From Candidatus Latescibacterota bacterium (GTDB taxonomy: Bacteria; Latescibacterota; UBA2968): 25,565 bases of DNA. Under the pieces are notes generated by a model, which was given only the letters and a program-made list of their open reading frames with translations, did no database searches and was not told the DNA's origin. Position numbers and translations under genes: made by a program. Positions 8,355 through 16,387 of the stretch are shown here, piece by piece; within the stretch, counting starts at the first letter, position 1; each line of letters opens with the position of its first letter. The stretch covers positions 1-25,565 of the forward strand of contig JAYODI010000083.1 of NCBI GenBank assembly GCA_038279365.1, given 5' to 3'.

Positions 8355-8543
8355 ATGCAAAATTGGACAGAGTTTGAACGTCGTACCCGTCCATCGGACC
8401 CTATTGAACGTGGGCCTGGAGATGAGGGAGGTGGGCCCTCTCGTCCAAAGGTAGAACGCCCCGATACGCGTGATTTGCTTAAGCGCATGCGTCGTGTAGA
8501 CCCCAATCAGGCGCGGCGATATCGCCAGCGAACAGGTGAGTAG
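8355..8543 (+). CDS. ubact: Ubiquitin-like protein UBact (Pup analogue)
   Basis: A 62-aa charged, Pro/Gly-rich protein at the Pup position between dop and prcB, with an AGGAGG RBS. It ends ...LLKRMRRVDPNQARRYRQRTGE, matching the UBact R[ST]G[EQ] C-terminus rather than Pup GG[EQ]. Confidence 0.92.
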   Translation: MQNWTEFERRTRPSDPIERGPGDEGGGPSRPKVERPDTRDLLKRMRRVDPNQARRYRQRTGE

Positions 8544-8546
8544 CAT

Positions 8547-9344
8547 ATGAGTGATGGTGGTGATTTCGTAGACTTGTTGCGTCGAGATGGATATCGTTTT
8601 CCGGGCGAAGGGATGGTGGCTTCAAATGGCCAGGGTAATTTGCCTTTTCACCCAACAGAAGGAACAACGATTTTGGCCATTCGCTATCGAGATGGCGTGT
8701 TGGTGGCGGGTGACCGCAGAGCAACTGCTGGCAATATGGTGTTGTATGATCGTGCCGATAAGGTGATCAATTTGGATGCGTATTCGGTCATGGCCATTTC
8801 GGGTTCACCTGCAGTGGCTTTTGAAATTGCCCGTGTGTTGGAGCACTCCTTTCAATATTATCGTCGTCGGCAACTTCAGGAAATGAGTTTGGGGGCCAAA
8901 CTACGTCGATTGTCTTTGCTCATTAAAGACAACATACCCATGGCCATTCAGGGCATTGGGGCGGTGATTCCTATTTTTGCCACATTTGATCGCAAAGACG
9001 AGTGTGGTAAAATCTTTTTTTATGATGCATTGGGTGCGCAATTTGAAAGCACAGATTTTACCACAACAGGGTCTGGTTCACCGGGCATTCGTGGTGTGAT
9101 GTATTATCAAAATCGGTGGGGAGATCACAAGTTTGCCGATATGGAGCGCGATGAAGCAGTGGGTATGGCCATGCGGCTTTTGGACACCGCTGGTGAATAT
9201 GATTCGGCCACGGGGCGCTACGAGCGTGTGGCCGATATCTTTCCTTCGGTGAAGATCATTACAGCATCTGGGCTTGAAGATATTGAAACCGAAACTTTGC
9301 GCAGATTACACGCCGAATATGTGGATGGGGGAGCGGGCTCATGA
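8547..9344 (+). CDS. prcB: 20S proteasome beta subunit
   Basis: A 39-aa propeptide (DFVDLLRR) is followed by G|TTILAIRY. Thr1 is at codon 8664, with Asp17 (AGDRRAT), Lys33 (ADKV) and TGSGS all conserved. Confidence 0.93.
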   Translation: MSDGGDFVDLLRRDGYRFPGEGMVASNGQGNLPFHPTEGTTILAIRYRDGVLVAGDRRATAGNMVLYDRADKVINLDAYSVMAISGSPAVAFEIARVLEHSFQYYRRRQLQEMSLGAKLRRLSLLIKDNIPMAIQGIGAVIPIFATFDRKDECGKIFFYDALGAQFESTDFTTTGSGSPGIRGVMYYQNRWGDHKFADMERDEAVGMAMRLLDTAGEYDSATGRYERVADIFPSVKIITASGLEDIETETLRRLHAEYVDGGAGS

Positions 9345-10138
9345 TGTTATCGGATGAACCGTATCGCTGGGCAGAAGGTGTTGCCAATCGGCGAGATTAT
9401 ATTGAAGATCAAATTCGTACGGGTAGCCCGGTGGTGGGGATCGGTTATGAAGGGGGTGTTCTTTTACTCACCTTAAGCCGAAGTCAACAAAAACTCTTCG
9501 AGGTTTATGACCGCATTGGATTGGGTGCGGTGGGGCATTCGACAGATATTGAGAAACTTCGTCAGGCAGCCATTGATATGGCGCATTCGATTGGGTTTAA
9601 TTACTCAGAAGAAGATGTGACCTTGCGCCAAATTGTTTATTTTGGCTTGGGCCCTGCCATGAAAGCTGGTTTTGACGATGTGGTGCGATCTCCGTTTTTG
9701 GCTCGGGTGATGTTGGCCGAATTAGATGGTCAAGAGGGTGACCATACGTTTTATATTGTTGATTACGATGGCGCCTTTTTTAAATATGAAGATTATGTGA
9801 CTTTAGGTGGTATTCCTGAAGCAGATCGTTTGATGGAGAACCAGTTGGAGGTTGACAATGTTGCCACATTGTCTTTGACGGATGCACTGACGCAAGCACT
9901 TCGGGCTTGGGCTATGGGGCGCTGGGTGGGTAATTTGGAAGAAATTCCCACAGAAGATTCTGAATTGGATGCACTTGCAGCGGAAGTGAATGTGCAGGAT
10001 ATCTTAAAGCGCGAATTGGAAGATTTGGATGTCGAAGCAGTGGTGTTGGCGCGCGCACTGTTGAGTAAACCTAAGTACCGTGTGTTGACAGATGAAGAAT
10101 TAGGTCCTGCACTTGCGCCTTTTCAAGGTAATAAATAA
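9341..10138 (+). CDS. prcA: 20S proteasome alpha subunit
   Basis: It overlaps prcB at ATGA. The segments GSPVVGIGYEGGVLL, KLFEVYDRIGLGAVG and YSEEDVT resemble bacterial PrcA, and there is no catalytic N-terminal Thr. Confidence 0.88.
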   Translation: MMLSDEPYRWAEGVANRRDYIEDQIRTGSPVVGIGYEGGVLLLTLSRSQQKLFEVYDRIGLGAVGHSTDIEKLRQAAIDMAHSIGFNYSEEDVTLRQIVYFGLGPAMKAGFDDVVRSPFLARVMLAELDGQEGDHTFYIVDYDGAFFKYEDYVTLGGIPEADRLMENQLEVDNVATLSLTDALTQALRAWAMGRWVGNLEEIPTEDSELDALAAEVNVQDILKRELEDLDVEAVVLARALLSKPKYRVLTDEELGPALAPFQGNK

Positions 10139-10195
10139 TCAGACCATTGGTTTTTAATGTTTGGATTTGTGTGATGTTCTTCTAAAGGACGTATT

Positions 10196-11650
10196 ATGAA
10201 AGACCGCATTTTTGGTCTTGAGACCGAGTATGGGTGTTTGGCTCCTGAACACGAAGGTTTTGTGAGCCCGGATGCCATATCCGTGAAGGTGAAAGATCAT
10301 ATTTTTCATTCTGATCGGATAGGCATTGTAGATATTCATTATCGCGGTCGTGACGAGCCGCCAGGCAATGGCGGTTTTTTATTTAATGCTGGGCGCATTT
10401 ATATTGATATGGGGCATTTGGAATATGCAACCCCAGAATGTATGGGCTTATGGGATGTGTTGGCTGCAGACAAAGCGGGTGACCTTATTCTTAATCGAGC
10501 GCTGCAAGCCTCGGGGTTGGGCAAGGAGGCCTCTTTTTTAAAAAACAACGTGGATCACTATACTGGTGCAACATTTGGGTGCCATGAAAACTATTTGGTG
10601 CGTCGTAATGTACCTTTTTCAACCGTGGTGATTCCAGCTCTGTTGCCTTTTTTGGTAACGCGCCAAATTTTTTGTGGTGCAGGTCGGGTTGGCAGTTATG
10701 ACGACAGCTTTTATTATTATGGGCGTGATGAGCAAGATAATGTGGATCGTGAAGATCCCGTCGATTTTCAAATTTCACAACGTGCCGATCATATTGTAAC
10801 AGAAATTTATCAGTGGATTCAATTTTCCAGAGCGATTATCAATACACGCGATGAACCCTTGGCAGATCATAGCAAATATCGCCGATTGCATTTGTTGGTC
10901 GGCGATTCGAATATGTCGGAATATGCCAGTGCGTTAAAAATAGGTACAACATCTATGGTGTTGAATTTATTAGAGCGCAAAATATTTCCGCACGATATGG
11001 GCTTGGGTGATCCGGTGTGGGCATTAAAAGAAATTTCGCGGGATCCAGAACATAAATGGATATTGGGGCGTCATAATGGCAAAACCATTTCTGCAATTGA
11101 TATACAGCGTTCTTATTTGGAATTGGCACAGCGCCATTTAAAAGGGATGGATGATGAGTCTGATTGGGTGTTGCGGGAGTGGGAACGTACCTTAGACGAT
11201 TTGGAAACCGACCCGATGTTGTTGGTTGATCGACTGGATTGGGTGGCCAAAAAATGGTTGTTGAATTCGTTTCGTGAATCTGAAAAATTGAGTTGGGATG
11301 ATCCCTGGTTACAGAGTTTGGATTTGGAATATCACAATATTGATCCCAACCGTGGGTTGTATTATGATTTGGTAAAACAAGGTGCGATACAACGTGTGTT
11401 GACAGACGCACAAATCGAAAAAGCGTGTGTGACACCGCCACAAGATACACGGGCCAAGGCACGCGCTGCATTGGTGCGTACGCTATCTGAAAATCGAGTG
11501 CGATACATTGTGGATTGGGATTCGATATACTTGGAGAATGAATGCCACTTGAGCTTTCGAGATCCGTTTTCAACTTACAAGGAAGAATCCGAAGCCTTCA
11601 TTCAGGATATTTTGAGTGCTTCAAATAATTTATTGGATAAGCCTGAGTAA
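10196..11650 (+). CDS. pafA: PafA-like Pup/UBact--protein ligase
   Basis: It has MKDRIFGLETEYG, FLFNAGRIYIDMGHLEYATPEC, KNNVDHYTGATFGCHENY, RAIINTRDEPLADHSKYRRLHLLVGDSNMSE, DLEYHNID and PPQDTRAKAR. It lacks the Dop-loop and is the last gene of the operon. Confidence 0.93.
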   Translation: MKDRIFGLETEYGCLAPEHEGFVSPDAISVKVKDHIFHSDRIGIVDIHYRGRDEPPGNGGFLFNAGRIYIDMGHLEYATPECMGLWDVLAADKAGDLILNRALQASGLGKEASFLKNNVDHYTGATFGCHENYLVRRNVPFSTVVIPALLPFLVTRQIFCGAGRVGSYDDSFYYYGRDEQDNVDREDPVDFQISQRADHIVTEIYQWIQFSRAIINTRDEPLADHSKYRRLHLLVGDSNMSEYASALKIGTTSMVLNLLERKIFPHDMGLGDPVWALKEISRDPEHKWILGRHNGKTISAIDIQRSYLELAQRHLKGMDDESDWVLREWERTLDDLETDPMLLVDRLDWVAKKWLLNSFRESEKLSWDDPWLQSLDLEYHNIDPNRGLYYDLVKQGAIQRVLTDAQIEKACVTPPQDTRAKARAALVRTLSENRVRYIVDWDSIYLENECHLSFRDPFSTYKEESEAFIQDILSASNNLLDKPE

Positions 11651-11659
11651 GTCTTGTTA

Positions 11660-11700
11660 AAAAAAAAGCCCGTTGCTTTATTGGCAACGGGCTTTTTTTT
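11660..11700. terminator. Bidirectional Rho-independent terminator
   Basis: AAAAAAAAGCCCGTTGC-TTTATTG-GCAACGGGCTTTTTTTT lies between convergent genes. Confidence 0.92.
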
Positions 11701-11707
11701 GGTATTT

Positions 11708-12241
11708 CTAATGGAATCGTCCGCCACGCCCCCGGCGTGACCCCATGGGCAAGTGGGCACGGGCCAATTGTTGGCAAGTGCGATCAAGTGCAGTATAGTC
11801 GGGAATGACAAATCTTTGGCGTGTGGTGGCATCTGTGAAGACAATTTTGGGAAATTCGCCAGTGCTTATGCCCCGCTCACCTCGTATGAAGAAAGTTTTT
11901 GGGCCATCTTCTGTATCTACTTGCCATTGATTGCCCTGTGTGTCTGTTTCGATTTGCAAGATTTTCAAAATGGTGGGAATGTAATAGCGATCTTTTAAAC
12001 GCGTTTCAACAAGGTGACGCGAATCGGTATCTAATTCATCAATGGTTTTTAAGAGCCCCAATTCTGAGCCATCCGCTTTTCGAAAGCTGATCCAGTGGTT
12101 GGGCATCGAAAACGGAAAGCACCTCACAATTTGATCAATGGATTCGGTCTGACCATTTGTGGTCAGGGTGATATGGTCTTGGTGTTGTTGTATACGGGTG
12201 GTTTTGGGGTTGAGTAAACGCTCGATCATTTGGATGTTCAC
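11708..12241 (-). CDS. DUF1854-like protein
   Basis: It has the motifs VRCFPFSMPNHWISF, ELGLL, RYYIPTILKI, WQVDTEDG and RFVIPDYTALD, and lies directly downstream of an ABC exporter as is typical for this family. Confidence 0.75.
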   Translation of the reverse strand: MNIQMIERLLNPKTTRIQQHQDHITLTTNGQTESIDQIVRCFPFSMPNHWISFRKADGSELGLLKTIDELDTDSRHLVETRLKDRYYIPTILKILQIETDTQGNQWQVDTEDGPKTFFIRGERGISTGEFPKIVFTDATTRQRFVIPDYTALDRTCQQLARAHLPMGSRRGRGGRFH

Positions 12242-12291
12242 TTTAGATAAATTTTTTTATGTATTAAGATAGGGCACCTGATGGGGGGTAT

Positions 12292-14079
12292 TTAATGGTT
12301 GTCATCAAGTGCAAATTGCATGTCGCATAACCGGGCATACAATCCATTTTGTGCCAACAGTGTCGTGTGTGTGCCTGATTCGATGACTTTGCCCTGATCA
12401 ATGACATAAAGACAATTGGCACGGCGAACCGTAGACAGTCTGTGGGCAATGGCAAATGTGGTACGCCCTTCCATGAGGCGTTCTAAAGCGTTTTGAATAA
12501 GCAGTTCTGTTTCGGTATCTACTGATGATGTGGCTTCATCGAGTATGAGAATGCGGGGGTCATTTAAAATGGCGCGTGCAATGGAAATGCGTTGTTTTTC
12601 GCCGCCTGATAGTCTGACCCCTCGTTCACCAATGCGGGTATCATAGGCATCTGGAAAACCGCAAATAAAATCGTGTGCATTGGCCATGATGGCTGCCTGA
12701 ATGACGTCTTCTTCTGTGGCGTTGAGTTTGCCATAGGCAATATTTTCACGCACTGTGCCATTAAAAAGAAACGGTTCTTGCAACACCATGCCAATTTGGC
12801 TTCTCAGGGATCTGAGTTGCACATCTTTTAAATTTTGGCCATCTACCAAAATGCTCCCCTGATCGGGGTCGTAAAAACGGCAAATGAGATTGATGATGGT
12901 GGTTTTGCCTGCACCGCTGGGGCCTACCAAACCTATGAGCTGACCGGGCTCTGCACTGAGCGTGACCTGATTTAAAACGGGTGGTCCATTCTCATAAGAA
13001 AAAGAGACGTTTTGAAACTCGAGGTGGCCATTGAGTCGTCCCAAAATATGTGGATTGGGCACATCTTTAATGTCGGGTTTGGTGTCGAGTATTTCAAAAA
13101 CGCGACGTGCGGATGCGGTTGCTCGAACGATGGTGTCGTTGATGCGTGTGAGGCTTTCGACTGGGCCGTAGAATCGCCACAAATAACTTTGGAATGCAAA
13201 GAGGGTGCCTATGGTGAGCACGCCGGTCATAACTTGAATGCCACCGTAATACAAGATGAGTAGGGGACCTAAAGAGATTACAAGTCGTGCAAGTGGGAAA
13301 AAGGCCACACGCGTTTTGATGATGCGGATGCTGATGCTCCAAAAATGTTTGCACTTTTCGGTAAAACGTCCCAGTTCATGATTTTCGCGGGCAAAACACT
13401 GAATGACGCGAATGCCTGAAATATTGTCTTGCAAGAGGGCACTGATATCGGCAATGCGTTCTCTGGCCATGGTGTAATATGGGCGAATTTTGCGATTGTA
13501 GCCTATGATAAGGACGCTGTATATGGGGAGTGGGGCAAGAACAATTAGGGCAAGTTTCCAACTGAGGCCAAATAAAATACCACCAAAAATAAAAATGGTG
13601 GTGATGTTGACCAAGATGCGTTCGATGGTATCTGTGACGGTGTTTTGCAAGGATTCTACATCACCTGTCACGCGAGACATAAGTTCACCCGTGCTTCGGT
13701 CGTTGTAGAAACGCAATGAGAGATGTTGTAAATGGTCGTAGACTTCAATGCGCAAATTGAGCAAGATGTCTTGACCGGTGCGTGAGAGCAGATATTGGTT
13801 GAGGTAGCTGAAGATGGTGCGCAACAAATAGACACCGAACAAACCCAAGGCCAAATATTGTAACATTTCTAAATCTGCTTGGCGTTGGAAATCGGACAAG
13901 GTATGACCAACATATTGTCCACCCGAAAAATAGGGTGTCAGTATGTTGTCTATCACGTGACGCATGAGCAAGGGTTGTACGGCTTCAAGGCCAATGATGA
14001 CCAGGGTACAGGCAATGCCAACGGTCACACGTATCCAATAAGGACGAATATATTTGACGAGCCGGATGAAAATATCCAT
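12292..14079 (-). CDS. ABC transporter, fused permease/ATP-binding (MdlB/MsbA-like exporter)
   Basis: It has a multi-TM N-terminus, Walker A GPSGAGKT, LSGGEKQR signature, ILILDEATS and AIAHRLST. Confidence 0.95.
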   Translation of the reverse strand: MDIFIRLVKYIRPYWIRVTVGIACTLVIIGLEAVQPLLMRHVIDNILTPYFSGGQYVGHTLSDFQRQADLEMLQYLALGLFGVYLLRTIFSYLNQYLLSRTGQDILLNLRIEVYDHLQHLSLRFYNDRSTGELMSRVTGDVESLQNTVTDTIERILVNITTIFIFGGILFGLSWKLALIVLAPLPIYSVLIIGYNRKIRPYYTMARERIADISALLQDNISGIRVIQCFARENHELGRFTEKCKHFWSISIRIIKTRVAFFPLARLVISLGPLLILYYGGIQVMTGVLTIGTLFAFQSYLWRFYGPVESLTRINDTIVRATASARRVFEILDTKPDIKDVPNPHILGRLNGHLEFQNVSFSYENGPPVLNQVTLSAEPGQLIGLVGPSGAGKTTIINLICRFYDPDQGSILVDGQNLKDVQLRSLRSQIGMVLQEPFLFNGTVRENIAYGKLNATEEDVIQAAIMANAHDFICGFPDAYDTRIGERGVRLSGGEKQRISIARAILNDPRILILDEATSSVDTETELLIQNALERLMEGRTTFAIAHRLSTVRRANCLYVIDQGKVIESGTHTTLLAQNGLYARLCDMQFALDDNH

Positions 14080-14110
14080 AGGCGGTATCCATCAAAATTA
14101 AAAGGATGGT

Positions 14111-14740
14111 TTAGCTGAAGCGTTCTTCTGTCCAGGGGTCACCATGGTTGTGGTATCCATACCCTTCCCAAAAGCCTTCGCGGTCGTGGGCCATAAATTC
14201 GAGACCATTGACCCATTTGGCACTTTTCCAAGCGTAGAGTTTGGGTACTATAAGGCGCAGGGGCCAACCGTGGTCAGCAGAGAGGGGTTCGCCATTGCGA
14301 CTGTGGGCAAAGATGACGTCGTCGCTGAGGAGATCGACCAAGGGGAGGTTTGTGGTGTATCCTCCGTAGGCGTGCACCATGACGTATTTGGCGTCGCGTT
14401 GGATGCCAATGTGTTTAACGAGTTCAGTGATGGGAACGCCTGTCCAGGTGTTGTCGAGTTGGGTCCAGCGGGTGACGCAGTGAAAGTCTGTGGTGAGATC
14501 GATTTGGGGTAGGGCTAAGAATTCTTCGTAGGTCCATAGTTTATCTTCGGCGACCAAGCCGTAGACGCGAAACTGCCAACGTTCGAGGTTGACTTTGGGC
14601 GTGGGGCCGTGTGTGAGGACGGGGAATTTTTCGGTGAGGTATTGGCCGGGTGGAACCCTGTTTTCGGGGTCTTGGTCGGGTTTGCGTGTGGGATTGGCAC
14701 GTTTGAGTTTTTCTACGCGTTCTTTAGGGTCAATATTCAT
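14111..14740 (-). CDS. Sulfite oxidase-like molybdopterin-binding oxidoreductase (YuiH-like)
   Basis: It has RVPPGQY, DFHCVTRW (Mo-ligand Cys), GYTTNLPL, HGWPLRLIVPKLYAWKSAKW and GFWEGYGYHNHGDPW. Confidence 0.92.
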   Translation of the reverse strand: MNIDPKERVEKLKRANPTRKPDQDPENRVPPGQYLTEKFPVLTHGPTPKVNLERWQFRVYGLVAEDKLWTYEEFLALPQIDLTTDFHCVTRWTQLDNTWTGVPITELVKHIGIQRDAKYVMVHAYGGYTTNLPLVDLLSDDVIFAHSRNGEPLSADHGWPLRLIVPKLYAWKSAKWVNGLEFMAHDREGFWEGYGYHNHGDPWTEERFS

Positions 14741-14756
14741 GTGTTGCCTTCGGCGA

Positions 14757-14788
14757 CTTACTTTTTTTCAACAGCTAAAAAAAGTAAG
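14757..14788. repeat. 12-bp perfect inverted repeat
   Basis: CTTACTTTTTTT-CAACAGCT-AAAAAAAGTAAG lies just upstream of the oxidoreductase start. Confidence 0.8.
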
Positions 14789-14789
14789 C

Positions 14790-14821
14790 AAAAAAAGCCG
14801 TCCCTCAAGTGCCGGGAGGGC
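14790..14821 (-). terminator. Terminator-like hairpin in the 5' region of the molybdopterin oxidoreductase gene
   Basis: On the minus strand, GCCCTCCC-GGCACTTGA-GGGACGGC-TTTTTTT forms an 8-bp stem with one mismatch, followed by a 7-U tract. Confidence 0.45.
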
Positions 14822-14904
14822 TGATTTTCCGCAAATACCCTTTGTGGGTTCACTAAGGGCGATGGCCTGCCAGCTGGGGCATTTTTGTGAAATGAGTCGC
14901 TGGA

Positions 14905-15144
14905 CGGAATGGTGCGGAAAATCCGGATGGATGTTGTGATGGTTGTTTGATAAATGATGCGACAGGTTGTGTGTTATGAGTCCGTAGGACTTTTCTTTAT
15001 AGAGCACGGGAATTTATTCCGGTGCGGAATGGTGTGGAAAATCCGGATGGATGTTGTGATGGTTGTTTGATAAATGATGCGACAGGTTGTGTGTTATGAG
15101 TCCGTAGGACTTTTCTTTATATAGCACAGGAATTTATTCCGGTG
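14905..15144. repeat. Tandem duplication, 2 x 120 bp, containing REP-like hairpins
   Basis: 14905-15024 and 15025-15144 differ at only 3 positions (14915/15035, 15002/15122, 15008/15128). A few bases of a third copy follow. Each unit contains AGTCC-GTA-GGACT and GCAC(G/A)GGAAT-TT-ATTCCGGTGC. Confidence 0.95.
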
Positions 15145-15267
15145 CGGATGGTGTGTAAATTGTGGTTCTTATGATAATGTATATTGTCCTATATTACAAA
15201 TGTTATGTGTTGGCGTTCGGATTTGGTTTGGGCCTGAGATGGTTTTATTTTGCGGGAGGGAGATGAT

Positions 15268-16323
15268 ATGAGTGGAACGATTTTGTTTGCGCGAAATTCT
15301 CAGTTGGAGCGGTCGTGGCCTTTTTTGGCGGAGGCGTTGATCGCACGGCTCAATGCGATTGGTGAGGTGCGGGTGGTGAATGTTGAACGTGATACCCTTT
15401 TGAGTGAGGCGACGGATTTGAGCGGTGTGGTGGGGGTGGCGCATTTTGGTGGCATGTTGGGTGATGTGTGTGTAAGGAAGGCACCTCAGTTGAAGGCGGT
15501 GGGTGGGGTGTTGGATATTGGAGGGCATCGGCGACTGCCTGTGGACGTGCTTTTTGAGCGTGATATTGCCATTGTGGATGCCACGCGTGCTTGGGCGCCT
15601 TCGGTTGCAGAATGTACGTTGACATTGGCACTGAATGCATTGCGGATGATTCCACAGTGGCATAAGCGTATGGCGGCAGGAGAGCGGTTGTGGCATTTTG
15701 AGTATGCACAGTTTTGTGACAACCCCAACTTTGTGAATGGGACATTGGGGGCTAAGACGGTGGGGGTGATGGGGTTGGGGCAAATTGGGGGGCGTGTGGC
15801 ACTGTGGTGTCGGGCATTGGGGTCGCGGGTGTTGGGATATGACCCGTTTATTTCAAAAGAGAAGTTGGATGAATTGGGTGTGGAACCTGTAGAGATGGAT
15901 GAACTGGTAGAGGCTTGTGATGTGGTTTTTGTGACGATTCCTCCTACGCCATCGGCAGAGAAAATTTTGTCGCGTGAGCGGATTGGGCGATTAAAAAAGG
16001 GGGCTTTGGTGGTGGTGACGACGCGGGCGCATGCGGTGGATATGGCGGCATTGCGTGAACGTATTTTGGCCAATGAATTGGCGGGGGCATTTGATGTGTA
16101 TGATGTGGAGCCATTGCCTGTGGATGATTTGTTGCGCAATCGATTAAATGTGGTGCATACACCGCATATTGCGGGTCGTACGCGCGATGCCAATGTGATG
16201 GTGGCGGATGTGATTGCCGAAGATTTTGAGCGGATATTGAAAGGCGACATGCCACATTTTCGATTGAGTAAAGAGGCAATTGCTGTAAGAGGGGAGCGTA
16301 AGGATTTGCCAAAGATGAGGTAA
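15268..16323 (+). CDS. D-isomer-specific 2-hydroxyacid dehydrogenase (phosphoglycerate dehydrogenase-like)
   Basis: It has SVAE, GVMGLGQIG...GYDP, VTTR, FDVYDVEPL and HTPHIAG. GGAG-rich RBS precedes ATG15268. Confidence 0.9.
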   Translation: MSGTILFARNSQLERSWPFLAEALIARLNAIGEVRVVNVERDTLLSEATDLSGVVGVAHFGGMLGDVCVRKAPQLKAVGGVLDIGGHRRLPVDVLFERDIAIVDATRAWAPSVAECTLTLALNALRMIPQWHKRMAAGERLWHFEYAQFCDNPNFVNGTLGAKTVGVMGLGQIGGRVALWCRALGSRVLGYDPFISKEKLDELGVEPVEMDELVEACDVVFVTIPPTPSAEKILSRERIGRLKKGALVVVTTRAHAVDMAALRERILANELAGAFDVYDVEPLPVDDLLRNRLNVVHTPHIAGRTRDANVMVADVIAEDFERILKGDMPHFRLSKEAIAVRGERKDLPKMR

Positions 16324-16347
16324 GTGTTAGCTGGGTGGATGAAGCAT

Positions 16348-16385
16348 ATAAGCCGAGGACTGAGCATGCTCAGTCCTCGGCTTAT
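16348..16385. terminator. Perfect 38-bp palindrome between convergent genes (probable bidirectional terminator)
   Basis: ATAAGCCGAGGACTGAGCA|TGCTCAGTCCTCGGCTTAT is followed by TTTT. Confidence 0.75.
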
Positions 16386-16387
16386 TT

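Noticed and set aside
8355-8543. Calling the small modifier canonical Pup
   Set aside because: It ends in RTGE rather than GG[EQ] and lacks the acidic Pup core. It fits UBact.
14858-14872. Fluoride riboswitch-like GGCGATGG on the + strand
   Set aside because: The rest of the motif is absent and no fluoride-related gene follows.
14797-14900. 6S RNA (minus-strand TGAACCC...CAGCC...CGGCACTTGAGGGA resembles a 6S 3' arm)
   Set aside because: I found no complementary 5' arm about 180 nt upstream. That position is occupied by the tandem repeat.
14768-15007. 79-aa His-rich minus-strand ORF in the repeat region
   Set aside because: It derives from the repeat and hairpin sequence and has no convincing RBS. 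The His richness follows from the strand skew.
14905-15144. CRISPR array
   Set aside because: The whole 120-bp unit is duplicated with no unique spacers, and no cas genes are present.
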